The notes under the pieces are model-generated. The model worked only from the letters and a program-made list of their open reading frames with translations, was not told the origin of the DNA and made no database searches. DNA of 63,812 nt, counting the filler, from Reticulomyxa filosa (taxonomy: Eukaryota > Protista > Foraminifera), in assembly GCA_000512085.1 (NCBI GenBank). It is 9 parts of 9 records of this genome, joined end to end, with 100 filler letters (N's around TTAATTAATTAA, not from the genome) between each part and the next. Parts side by side here need not be neighbours in the genome. Positions count along the whole stretch, not along the records: positions 31,980 to 44,299 come from ASPP01000318.1; positions 44,400 to 46,205 come from ASPP01002640.1; positions 46,306 to 50,766 come from ASPP01014871.1; 6 more parts are not named here. One strand, written 5' to 3'. The translations under genes were made by a program, and so were the position numbers. Shown here piece after piece: positions 36,451-49,499 of this stretch (the stretch's first letter is position 1; each line of letters opens with the position of its first letter).

Positions 36451-37695
36451 AAGTTAAACACAAATTAAAAAAATTGAATCAAGTCCCTTGAGAAAAACGA
36501 AATAAATAGAAATGTGTTCGACTGCACAATGTGCGCGCGAATTCATTTCTTTTTTTTTACTATTTTTCCTAATGGATTTAATTTAATTTTTTAAAATAAA
36601 CTTTGTTTTTCTAAGAAGGAATGTCGTGATGACTTAGTTTCATTGTTTTATGCAGGTCAAGTAGTTGATAAAAAAAATTTTTGATGTTTTTTAAGAAAAT
36701 CGTTACTGTTAACTTAGGATTGTTAGTCAAGACAACAAAAAATTATTTGTTTGCCAACTTATTTTGATGTAAGAATGACATTTTACTTTTTTAAACAATA
36801 TCATATTAGGAAGGAGAATGGGGAGATGATGAAAAAACATACTACAAAATTTATAATGATAATATTAAACAAATTAAGTGGAATTCACCTTGTGGTTGTG
36901 GAATTGATTTTAATCTATTCAGTTGTATTGTTTTATACAGTCCAAATTAATATTGTAAATCTTAGCAAACAATAAAAACCAGTAAAAGATTTATTTTTGA
37001 TTAACTTAATGCCTAAATCTGATTTCAATCTAGCAAAAGTAATCAGCGCTACTCTTGCAGCAATCCATAAACTAGCTCTAATTTCCACACAATGATTTTT
37101 TCTTGTTCGTCGGAGGTCGTCTTGCTGTTCCGATTCTGATTACTTCATTTTGTTCTGCGTTTGCTGTGCCAGGAATTTTTTTAGAGCTGCGTTAAAAACA
37201 ACTTCTTTTAATTTTTTAAAAAGCACGTTAAATTGGACGGCTGTGTACGTGTGCAAATAATTAAGGGATCAAACATTTTGATCTAACCAAACAGCCGCTA
37301 ATGATTTTTTTCCTAAAAAAACTTTTTTCTCTTTCCCCTTATTTCTCGGTACATTTCTACACAAAGGTTCCACAGTTAAATAGTCTTGTCACTCCTCCTG
37401 CCAATAGATGTGATTTTCTTCAATTTTTCATTTCTACTGGTAAATTCTGTTGTTTCTTGCAATTTTCTTGTTTTGCCTTTTTCTGATTCAAAGTTTCAGC
37501 AGGAGCACGCAACTATGAAAAGACAGATAAAAATAGATTAGTTTGAATATTTTGTTATTTTCCAAAAGCTAAATTCAATTTTTTTGTCTGTTAACTTTCT
37601 GACTTTGTGTAGGAACGTAGTAATGACTACAAAAAAAAGGGGTTGAACACTGAAGAAACTTTAAAGAAAAGGTAAAATTGAATTCGTGATATAAC

Positions 37696-40600
37696 ATGAT
37701 TTGGTATTTAAATTTCTTTTGGTTGGTCGTTATTTGCTTTTGGTGGACCCATTTTTGCAGTTTCTTTCAAAGACTTAACATTGTATTTTTTTTTTTGGAA
37801 CTGGTCGGGAACAAATTAAAATAAAACGACAAAGTGAGCCAAACATCGAATTTGCCTGAATCTGAAATGAATGCATTGCTGTGCTTTTATAATGCAACAC
37901 ATGGACTAAACTGGAACATTTCTTCAATTGACGGATGTTCGTTTGAAGGGATTATTTGTAATTTTGAAGATGGACAATCCACTGTTACTGGTATTATTCT
38001 GAACAATCAATCTCTGTTTGGAACAATACCTCCCTGTGTGGCAAATCTCATTAATTTGCACGAATTGGTTTTGACACGCAATTTTTTGCAAGGCACTATT
38101 CCCTCCGAAATTGGGTATGTTTTTGAAAAAAAATATCAAAAATAAAAAGAAGAGAATTTTTTAAAAAATAATAGCCAACTTTCAAGACTGACAATATTGG
38201 AATTGCATCAGAATGAGTTTTCTTTGTTTATTTGTTTCCTTTCCACTCGTAAAAAAAAGAAAAGAATTTTTTAAATAAAGTTTGACAGGAACAGTGCCAA
38301 GGGAGATTGGAAGATTGGCCAGTTTGCAAATTTTGACCATGTACTCGAAGTTGAGGCGGTGACATTTTTTTTTTGCTATGCAGAATATGTTTTATTTGCG
38401 AAAAGGAAATTAGCTGAAGTTGTTTTTGATACGGTGTTTAGCAACTTAAGTGGCACAATTCCACCAGAAATTGGAAATATAACCAATCTTCTATTTTTGG
38501 ATTTGGATGAAAATGAGTTTTGTTTCCTCCAACTGTTTGAATGACTTGAATAGCTTGTTCTATTTTTTTGTTTGTAGACTCTCTGGTACAATACCACCAG
38601 AAATTGGCAATCTAAGTAATTTGGAATTTCTTGATTTGAGCATTAATGAGTTATGTAAAAAAAAGTGTTTGAAATTTTAGAGTGTAGAAAAGGATTTTCT
38701 TTGTTTTTTAAAAAAAAGATTGGGTGGTACAATACCACCAGAGATTGGTAATTTGATCAGTTTGAAAAGTTTCTTCATAATTGTGAAGTTAGGATATGCA
38801 CATGTGTTTATATGTACATATATGAATCTTTTTTTTGCAAAGTGTTTATGTTTTTAACATTCAAAACCTTTTATCTGCTGAAAGAGGTTAATTAGGATTG
38901 TTTTTGGTTTGATGTAAGTAACATAAGTGGCACAATTCCATCAGAAATTGGAAAGCTGACCAATTTGACAATGATAATATTATCTGTTAATCAGTTGAGT
39001 GAATAAGTATTTTGTGTAGTGTTCATTCACGTGCCTTGTGATGTTTATGAAAGGATAAATGGTAGTATACCTCCAGAATTTTACAACTTAGAGAAATTGC
39101 AACTGTTTCATGCGATCTATAATGAGTTGAATTATCCTTTTTTCGGAAAGATTGACAAGTGGTGAGAAATTTTTAAAACAAAATACGTGTCTGTGTATTT
39201 GTGAGTTCTACAGACTAAGTGGCACAATTTCTTCAAAGATTGGTCGTTTGACTGAATTAGAGAACCTCGAGCTGTACACAAATCAGTTCGGTTTTACACT
39301 GCAAATAACACAGACAAGATAATTTCCAAAATAATGAGTCCTTGACGGTTATTAAAACAATCTAAAAAGGTTATCTGGTTCCATACCTAGAGAAATTGGA
39401 AATTTAACAAAATTGAAGTTGTTAGATTTAAGTATGAATAAGTTAAGTTTGACATTCAATTGTATTTTTAAATAATATAAACAAATTACGAAATAGACAT
39501 GACGCTTTTTAACAAAAAAAAAAGCTTAAGTGGCACCATTCCATCAGAAATTGGAAATTTGATCCGACTCAATACTTTGTGTTTGAATCAAAATTGGTAA
39601 GCTTTTTTTTTCTCCCAATTCTTTGGATAATTTTGAATATTTTGCTCTTTTTGTTTGTAGGCTCTCTGGTAAAATACCAAACGAGCTGGGGAATCTATTT
39701 GAATTAAAACATTTATATCTCAATCAAAATGAGTTGACTGGTACAATACCAGTGGAAATTGGAAATTTCTGGAATTTGTCTGCTTTGGAATTGTCTCGAA
39801 ATCGATTAAGTGGGACCATACCATTGGAAATCGAAAATTTTTATGGCTTGTGGTTATTGAGTTTGGGGCAAAATGAATTGAATGGGACAATACCAAAAGG
39901 AATTGAAAACCTGTACTATTTGCAATATTTGATTTTGGGTTACAATAAGTTTAAAAAAAAAACAATTTGATTGACTTGTTTTAACAAATTTTTGTGTAAA
40001 AAAAGATTGAGTGGTGAGTTGCCACGATTGGATATGCTGCCATATTTGTTAAATATCCAAGTGAACAATAATATGCTGAGTGGAACTATTCCATTTGATG
40101 ATTCTTATGATTGGGATTACTTGTTAATGCTTTCTTTAGAAAAGAATATGTTCAGTGGAAGCTTACCGAAATTACCTAATTACATGAATTTTACATTGAC
40201 CTTGACACTGCATATGAATCAATTTTCAGATTACAATTTGCACGATTGGTATATGTATTCCTCAAAAGAAAAAAAAAAATTTGTATTTGTGTTCAAATTA
40301 GATATTTTTACATTCAAATCAAATACAACAATCTAAGGCTGGATGAGTTATTTCAGAAAGCTCCAGTATTGCAGATATTATCCATTTATGATAATCCACA
40401 TTTGAGGGGACATCTTCCAAAAAGTTTGTTTGACACCAATGTAAAAATATTTCTTGCACATGGATGTGAAATTGATGGAGTATTGCCATGGAGTGATGTT
40501 CAAGGAAACATTCAATTTGCCACGTTATTGCAAAATCGTTTGTCTGGTGCAATGCCGAGTAGTTTAATTCAAGCAACCACCGTCGAAAATATGAGCAATA

Positions 40601-42675
40601 TTTTAATTATATACAATGATGCAAGTTATTTATATATGATTACATATTATTTCACAAAAACAAAGCATTGAATGTCGAATTGAAACAGTACTGCAGTTGT
40701 CGCTTAATGTGAGCACCGAATTGGAGAATGGATTATACTTGCTAGGAAATCGATTTTCTGAAAGTAGGGAATGGTATCAAGTATTTGAAAATCGAGAATT
40801 ACCAGAGTATGTTCCAAAGGACGAAAGAGACGCAAAAAACTTGTACATTACAAAAGAAAGCGACTTTGCTGAATTGGTGTTAGTTGGATTTATTATGATA
40901 ACTATTTTGCTTTTGTTTCTGCGAAAATCAAGAAGATATTCAATTGTTAAGAGATTGTGTGGTAACAAGATAATATATTGTTTCAAAATTCGAAGGCTTC
41001 CAGACCATGTCGGATTTCAGCAAATGAAAGTGTTATTGAAATGGTTCAATAATTGGTTTGCAGCAGTTATCATCAGTTCATTGGTGATAATCTATGCAAT
41101 GAATAGCACATATTATGAGAAAGGATATTTGTTGTCCCATTTTTCATTGGCATACATTGAAGATTTGTCATTGATGGCTACAATTCTATTGATGCTCATT
41201 GTTATACTTTCCAATACTGTTGTTTTAATATATGCATTCCAATGGATTATAAATCCTCCATTCGCTACAGCAAGTACTTCCGAAGATACTTTTGATGATG
41301 CAATAGATTCATTTACTTGGCAAAAAGGAATAAAATTGGCATTGTTATTTCTGGGATGGATTTTAATTGTTACCATTGTGGTGTTATATTTTGCATTTGA
41401 ATCATTTCCAGATAATAACACATTACACGTATCTTCGAAATTGGTGTATACAGTCCAAGGTGTAATGTCATTGGCATTATCTTTGCATAATTCTTTGATA
41501 GCACCAAATCTTGCAATGTATGTGGTTGAACTTATATTTTATGTTGTCGGCATTCACAAACGCAGACTAGCCCAAAAATGGTCCAGTTATACCGCATTAT
41601 TCTTGCAGACATTGATATGTATTGTAATTCCACTTTTCCTTGCCTCATTTTTTTACAACAATTGTGGTCGACAATGGGTTAATTATTGGGAGACTTGCTC
41701 CGGAAAAGACTCAAATGAAGTTATTACCAGCTATCAATGGACTTATTATGATGTTGATTTGTTGTGGTATATGAATGAAAATGTGGTTGTATTGAATTGG
41801 GACGATTTGTGCAAATATCAAGGCTTTAAATTTGGTATTTAATCAAATATTTCACAAACAATAACATAACATAAGTGACAAACCAAAGATTTTTTTTTGT
41901 AATAAAATTTATATTCCCAGGTGCATGTGTTCGTGAAATTCTGGAAAAATGGGGATATGTGATGGTAACTAAAATGGCAATTAATATATTTCTGCCGTGG
42001 ATTCGTTTAGCCAATATTCGTGCATTTTTATTTCAATGTGAATCATTGAAATTCTTGGCCGGATCAAATGAATTGAGTTTTGAAACTGTTGGACTATTTG
42101 TGAATGTAGAACTGGTGGTTTTGTTGGGATTATTTTGTCCATTGGTTATACCACTGTGTGCTATGGCAACTGTATCCAATATCTTGAATTTCCAGTACTT
42201 GTTGAACAAAAAAATCAAACGTGTGACGTCATTGGAAGAAAATCTCATTGAAAAAAGTAACATTTACAAGCTCTCTGATGAGATTCCTGCATTCCCAATA
42301 TCGGTGTTGACTGTGCCGTTTTTATTGCAACAGTCAATTTGGATATTTTCTGGTGCATTGAGTAACGATTATTCTTATTTGACAAAGAATGTGTTTGCTT
42401 ATGCATTTTCTATTATCGATATTTGTTTCATAGTAGCTGCTATTATTGTACGACGTTTTCATGGAATTCAACTACTACAACAACAAAGTTAATCTTTTCC
42501 GTTGACAAAAATAAAAGAAACTAATAAAATATTCCTGTGTTTTTAATACAAATACTCAACAAAAGAAAAATTTGAAAGTGAATCCATAACAAGCACCACT
42601 GAAGAAAATTTGATATTACATGATGAACCAGAATACTATCGAATGCAGCCAATGGAAACACTAAAAGAGGAATGA
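37696..42675 (+). CDS. LRR ectodomain (24-aa plant-type repeats) + multi-pass transmembrane protein
   Basis: Signal peptide, an LRR N-cap (ALLCFYNAT.GLNW...GCSFEGIIC), about 20 LxxLxLxxNxLSGxIPxEIG repeats mostly on single-repeat exons, then ~10-11 hydrophobic helices (ORFs 40697..41842 and 41875..42492). Short last exon ending ...ETLKEE* at 42675. Confidence 0.85.
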
Positions 42676-43184
42676 ATACTTTTTATTAATGTAATCAAGG
42701 GTTAATACAGTTTTTTAAAGGATTAATTTTGTTGATTTTTTTTGTTATATTGATTATTGGTTCAGTTATTATCTTAAATTTAAAAATGTCCTAAAATGGC
42801 TGAAATTGGAGAGATAACAAAGTTCTTGATGTACAATAAAAATTTTATTTGTTTTTTTTAGTTGTGATTTTGATTATAATCTTTTGTTCAATAAACTTTC
42901 TAAATAAAAATAAATTTGAGAAACTAATTAATTGTTTGAATATTGAACGGAAACTTCAACTGTTTTTAGTTAAAAAATACGTGTTATACGCATCTTAGTT
43001 TTTGATTAGTTATTTGAAAAGATGAAAACCTTTGTAGAATCAGGATTATGCAAAAATACAGAAAAGAGAAACATCCCGACATTTGGCTGTGTTGTGTGGA
43101 GTTAAACAAAAAACAATACTTGTTTCCAGTTTATCAAAAAAAACAAATAATTACAAAAATAATAATAAGCTGAAGATTAGGATA

Positions 43185-43510
43185 ACAAAAATGTTGGGAA
43201 ATTGGGCACGATTATATTCAATTGACAGAGGATGGATTGATGAAATTATTGCTCAACATGCAATTTTGATTGTATTCGAATATGGGATATATTCTCTGGA
43301 AAAGAATTTAACACGATAAAGAGACATTCGGAGTATATTTATCGTGCAGATTTTTTCCAGATGGTGATATGGTAGTATCCTGTTCTATGGATAAGACGAT
43401 TCGAATATGGAATGTAATTTCAGGATAAGAAATTCGAAGATTAACAGGTACACCGATAGAGTTCCAATGCTATATTTTCCAGAGATGGACAGCGTTTTAC
43501 AATGGGAAAT
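43185..43510 (+). pseudogene. Degenerate WD40 gene fragment
   Basis: Remnants NWARLYSIDRGWIDEII, IRIWDI and [23 protein letters not shown], broken by stops and frameshifts. Confidence 0.7.
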
Positions 43511-44299
43511 AAGCTCTAGATTGCAAATAAAAAATTTTCCTGACTGCGATTGTGTGAATGATTTGTGAAAAAAAGTAGCTGCTCTGCTTTTGATCAATTT
43601 TTTTGTTTTTTCATATTCATTTGACTGACTGGAGCTCGCTTTTGTTATATTTTGGCCAATTTATGAATTTACAATTTTTTATCATCAGTTCTTATTGGAG
43701 AAATAAAATATCTTATAAATGGATCTGATTCAAAGCCGAAGGAAGGCATACGATAAAATTACTGTCAGAACAAAAATTGAACTCTTTTAATCAATACTTG
43801 AAATTTTGAATAAGTTTCCGATTGCTTTGATATTCTGAAAACAAAGCTGCCACCTATTGAAGTGATTATGTTAAAAGTTCTCTTTTTAGTTTTTCCTTTG
43901 TTTGATTTGAGGTTTTTTGTATCCATTTTTACTGTGTTACATTAATACACTGCAGCAATTGATAACATAAATTTCATTTAGCAGTAATAATTCTTTAATA
44001 TCGTATTGCGTGAGTTCTATCAAAGTGTTTTGAACAGTTAATTGATAATTATTAAATGATAGTACAAATCAACAACACTTAAAATTCCAAAGTAATATTA
44101 TGATATAATAATTGGAAAGCAATTGATTGTTATGATCTTTTATTAACATACAAAAAAAAAATCCCTTAAAATGAACTGACGCAAAAATTTACAATCTGAT
44201 TTATAAAAAAAAACTTTTCAAACTTTTGCTTAAATGAAATATATATATCGTGGTAATTCCAAAAATGTATTTTGTTTTTAATAAAAGTGTACACAATTC

Positions 44300-44399
44300 N
44301 NNNNNNNNNNNNNNNNNNNNNNNNNNNNNNNNNNNNNNNNNNNTTAATTAATTAANNNNNNNNNNNNNNNNNNNNNNNNNNNNNNNNNNNNNNNNNNNN
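44300..44399. other. Artificial contig spacer
   Basis: N44-TTAATTAATTAA-N44. Confidence 0.98.
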
Positions 44400-45232
44400 G
44401 TTTTATGCATTCATTTTTCTTTGCAACCTACTGTAGAATCTTTGAATTATATAAGTGTTAATTCCAACATTATTAGTTCTTGGACACTGACTTTTGATGT
44501 TTAGTATTTTATTATGATTTTTTCATGTTTATAATTTGTATCGTCGTTTTGTCCGTTTTCAGATATTGCACATTCAGCATTGCGTCCAATTGGTAATGTT
44601 TGTGTCTGTCGTTCCCCAACAATATCAATACACTAATCGTCACGTTACTAACGTGCTAGCAGTAATGTATGCTGTAAGCTTAGCACAACATAAAAACATT
44701 CTTTAAACGTGTTTGTGTTTGTAGTTTGAGTTGTTGACATTGAGCTCTAGCTTTTTTTCTAGTTACAAAATAATCAAAAAAAACTTAAATGATATCGGTT
44801 CACGAATACTAAATGCAAGCTATATATTCAATTAATTAATGAACTAAATATAAAAGATTTGAGTGTTGAAAAATATTGAAAATAACATGTTTTCAAGAAA
44901 TTAAAACTTTTTATATTTGGAATATGTGAAAATTCTCCAAAGACCGAATATTATGTACAATTGATAATATGAGAAATGAGCACTTAGTTGGAAAAATCAA
45001 GTCAACATAGTAGATAAATAATGATACATGTTTTTGCACAAACATATTTCAAAAGTAATTATTTGCTCTTAAGTAATAACAAAAATCGGATAAAACAAAC
45101 GATTAAAATAAACAAAAAAGAAATGCTCTTTCTCTTGTTTTCGTTGGTATGAAATTGTTTCATTTGCTCTTTTGCACTACTTAAAATTGCAAAATTTTTC
45201 AAGACCAGCAAACAAAAACTGGCCAATATGAA

Positions 45233-46205
45233 TCAGAGTATCCTCCGGGTCAAAAACAGACACAAGGCATTACTCACATCCCAGACAAGATTGGATACTC
45301 TGTAACCAATCGAGTAAACTCGTATTCCATAAAACAGGCGTGCGGTTCCATCGCCGATGACATTGAATTCTGTTTTTTGTTGCTCAGATAACGTGGAAAT
45401 AGGAGGAATAGATTGTTCTTCCAGCCAAAATCCAAAATGCCATCCATCGTTGTGTAAGAGCGTGTTGCATTTGGTCCAGCAAATGACCCATTTGGCAATG
45501 CCTGCAAAAATGCCATTCAAGCTGAACCCAAAAAAGCTCAATGACCCGTCGTATCTGCCGAGACTGACACAATACGGATTAATGGGAGCCTCTCTTTTCT
45601 GATCAGACGTCGAAGACGTATCCGTGGAAGAATCTCCCAATGTGTAGTAGTCATACGTGCATATGTCCCCTCTGTGACTCAAGCAGCTTTCAATATGATG
45701 TGCGACATACTCTGCGTGCAACTCGCTTGTGTGGGCCAACTTTACTTCAAACAGAGATTCAATGTCGTTGATATCACCCAGTGCATATATATTCCAATCT
45801 TTGGATTCCTCGCCTTTCACGCGAAGATAATCATCCACTTTTACCCATTGTCTATAATTTTGCCAAGCAAGTTAAATTTTTTTTTTTAATTAAAAAAAAA
45901 AAAACAAAACCTGCCCATAAAATCGACTTTGGTCAAAGACTGTTGAAAAAGTGGATCGGCCTGCATAAATTGTACATTTGGGAAATAGCCGACACAGTAA
46001 TAGATATAATCGGCATGAATCTGTTCGTCCGAGTTGACCAAAGAAATGGTCTGTGGTGTTTGTTTGTCATTATGCTTCTGTTCGCTTTGAAGCTGATTGT
46101 GTTTCGTGCCACTCCCATCGTCTGTTATCAATTCATGTTTCTTCTGTTCCTCTTTGTTCTCATCATCATTATCATTATTATTATCATTATCATTATTATT
46201 ATCAT
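45233..46205 (-). CDS. AIFM2/FSP1/AMID-like pyridine nucleotide-disulfide oxidoreductase, C-terminal part (5'-truncated)
   Basis: IHADYIYYCVGYFPN, VDDYLRV...NIYALGDI...KLAHTSELHA and CVSLGRYDG. Confidence 0.78.
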
Positions 46206-46305
46206 NNNNNNNNNNNNNNNNNNNNNNNNNNNNNNNNNNNNNNNNNNNNTTAATTAATTAANNNNNNNNNNNNNNNNNNNNNNNNNNNNNNNNNNNNNNN
46301 NNNNN
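46206..46305. other. Artificial contig spacer
   Basis: N44-TTAATTAATTAA-N44. Confidence 0.98.
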
Positions 46306-46559
46306 TCTTTTCTGGAAATCAATATCGATCATATTCATAATTGTTTGACACAACACAATTTCAATTTATTTGATATTTGTGTTTTCAATTTCTCTCTACA
46401 AAAATCTAAACAACTAATCGATCATTCTTTGTGTGTCTGTTCTGATTTTGACTCCAAACTACTTCAACGTTTGAAGACCATGTCTAATCACATCGATACT
46501 ATGTTCAAATTATAACAATTAAAATAACTTTCTATTTTAATTTTGAATTTGTTTTACAT

Positions 46560-47050
46560 CTCCTTAAGTTCCATATCCAAATTAAATTATCGCTTAAAGA
46601 CGCTGCAAGAAAATGCTACCCTTGTCACAAAAGGATTATGTCTTGCTAACTCTTTCAACTTTGTACCAGATTTAATATCCCATAAAATAATTCTCAAGCC
46701 ACTTGTTGACGCAATCATTTGGCAATTTGGGGAAAATTGTACATTAAATACGCTTGAACCGACAATAAATCTTTGAAGTTCTTTTTCATATCACTGAATG
46801 ATCAGGAGAACCCAATACAATATATTTACCATCTAACGAAAAATCTACATCCCACACTGCTCTTTCATGTCCTTCCAACCTTGTTTTCTCTATTCCTGAT
46901 TTTACATCCCATAATCTGACTGTTTTGTCTATTGAATAAGACACAATTGTATTTACACGATATTCGAATGTCCTTTAAAAGTATGAATTTGCTGTTTTGA
47001 TAATACGTTCCATGTTCGAATTGTATTATCATCTGAAGATGAAACAATTT
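46560..47050 (-). pseudogene. Degenerate WD40 gene
   Basis: Fragments AVWDVDFSLDGKYIVLGS and FSPNCQMIASTSGLRIILWDIKSG, interrupted by stops and frameshifts. Confidence 0.65.
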
Positions 47051-47401
47051 TATAGGTATTCAAAGCAGTTTGTTAATCAAAATCATGTTTAAGAGATTAA
47101 CAAAAATTGATTGTGAAATAATTGGTAGAATATTTTGATAAATTTTGTTTGTAAATAAAATTTATTGTTAAATACATTCACTCTCAGAAAAACTAATAAA
47201 TGAAATCTGCTCTACAGTTAAGTCTTATAAGATATTTTTGTGTCAATATGAAATCAACAAAAAATTTGTGATCTTTAATGCTTATTTTCACAGAAAAAAT
47301 TAATCACCTTCACAAAGTGGTATTTTGGATACAATAATTGTTTTTGTTGAAAAAATTATTTTATTTATTTAAACATATTTTTTATTGTTGAAAAAATTAT
47401 A

Positions 47402-48792
47402 TCATCCCCAAATACAAATATTACCGTTTTTTGAACCATAGCACAGACTAATATCATAATCACGATCATTCTTTCTTTTTTTATTTTTTTTAATTGCAGG
47501 AATTTAAGACATATTATTCCACTGTTTTCTTTTTTTTCTTCTCCTTTTATTGCATACAATTCATTCTTGTTTGATCGAATATCCCAAAAACGGATTGTAT
47601 TGTCCATTGATCCAGAACATATGACATTTGAATTACCACCAATTTCAACATTACTTACTGCAAATGGTGAATATTCAATAGCAAAGATAGCATCTGTATG
47701 TCCATTGAATACTTGAATTTGTTGACCAGATCGAACATCCCACAAACAAATGCTTTTATCTGCAGATCCAGATAATATTGTATTTAATAATTCATTTGAT
47801 CCATATTTTACGCTTCTAACTGTGTATTCATGTCCTTTGAATATATTTAATTGTTTAGTTGTTTCAATATCCCAAATACAAATGTTATTATCGTATGATC
47901 CAGAACAAATTGTATATCCATTTCCACCAATCACACCAATAGTATTCATTTTATTATTATCGTTATTGTTGTTATTGCTTTGCAATGGTGAAATATCTAA
48001 ACACCAAACAGCATTTGTATGTCCATTGAAAATATGTAATGATTTTGATGTCTCAATATCCCATATACGAATCGTATTGTCATCAGATCCAGAACACAAA
48101 TATCTACCACCATTAAATGATGAAAATTCAACACAACTGATCCAACGTGTGTGTTCATTGAATGTTTGTAATTGTTGATTATCTTTGATATCCCAAAAAC
48201 GAATGGTTTTGTCATTTGATGAAGAACAAATGATATTACGATAATGGTTATGATAATGATATGGTGAAAACTTCACACAATATACGGGACCTAAATGCTC
48301 ATTAAATAATTGAATTTGCTTATTGCTTTCAATATCCCATACACGAACTATGTTATCATGTGATCCAGAACAAAGGAATTGATTATCACCGAATGTCGAA
48401 TAATCAATACTCCATACCCAATCTGTGTGCCCAGTCAATGTTTTACATAATTTTGATGTTGAACAAAATGAGTCAAGCATGAACACTCTGGTTGCCTGTA
48501 TTAAATAATGATAAATATTTATATATTCTGTTTATCATTTAATGCAAAAACAAAACTTAACATATTTAACAACAAGTTTGTCAAAATCATCGATCCATCC
48601 TAATTTAATGTTCAGTATTCGAATCCAATGCGCAATAATAATTTGAATATCTTTTTCTTCTGACTGATTTAATCACAAATCATACAATGAATATAATAAT
48701 AACGTAGAAAAAACAGTTTTCTCAAAGATTAAACTAAAGCTAACCAACGCTTGTTGAACTGAAGTTAGTTTTTCATTAATAAGATTGATCAT
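47402..48792 (-). CDS. WD40-repeat protein with N-terminal GWIDDF module
   Basis: GH...CSGS.D.TIR.WDI repeats with GNGYTICSGS and NSNVICSGS. The exon 48562-48663 encodes SEEKDIQIIIAHWIRILNIKLGWIDDFDKLVVKY. The probable true end LCYGSKNGNICIWG* is reached after an A-run frameshift. Confidence 0.92.
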
Positions 48793-49499
48793 TCTTTCAG
48801 TAATCTTTTGAGATTAAGTTTGACGCAAGATGAAATAATGTTTGAACTTTTTTAGATCATAATTAATGAATATCTTTGAGTTCAATTAACTGTTGGTTCA
48901 AACCATTTGATTGTAATCATACATGTCTTAAGGGTAATTTAAAAGATCATCTGATCACAAATATGATATTACATCTTGATTTAGTTACTCAATTATTTTA
49001 ATCTATGAAACGAGAAATCCCAAAAAAATTTTTAAAATATTTGCACATAACAGTGTATAAAATATAGTATTGTCAGGAAAAGTAATTGTGGGGTAATGCA
49101 GACTATGAAATGAAAATTATCAAATCTGAAAATACTATTGTTAATAGATGTTTTACATCGACGAAACATGTATAAATACAGTGCTTATAACGTACCTGAC
49201 AAAAGTCTGTATCAACTACGGTGATTTGTGTCAATGTGACGGGATATTTTTAAAGAGTGGCCCCTTAAAAGTAGTACAAAAGAGTTGTTGCTGGAATGAA
49301 CTTTCAATAAAACAAAAGTAGACTAGATAAGAAAATAAATCAGGAGATACAATACAAAAGGACAATACAGAAACAAGGAAAAGGCTTTGGTGAAAGTGAA
49401 GAGGAAAAGTTTAGTAACAAAAAAGGTTCGAGCCCCTTCACACTCAGATCACAGTTAGTATAACATTGCTCTAAGTTCATTCCAGTGTTGTTTGTAGAT

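Noticed and set aside
36880-37095. Loose inverted similarity (ttgtggaatt ... aatttccacacaa) as MITE termini
   Set aside because: The match is too short and imperfect to support by eye.
38281-39948. Regularly spaced ~30-bp similar units (gtggcacaattccaxcagaaattgg) as a CRISPR-like array
   Set aside because: They are the conserved SGTIPxEIG codons of LRR exons separated by GT-AG introns.
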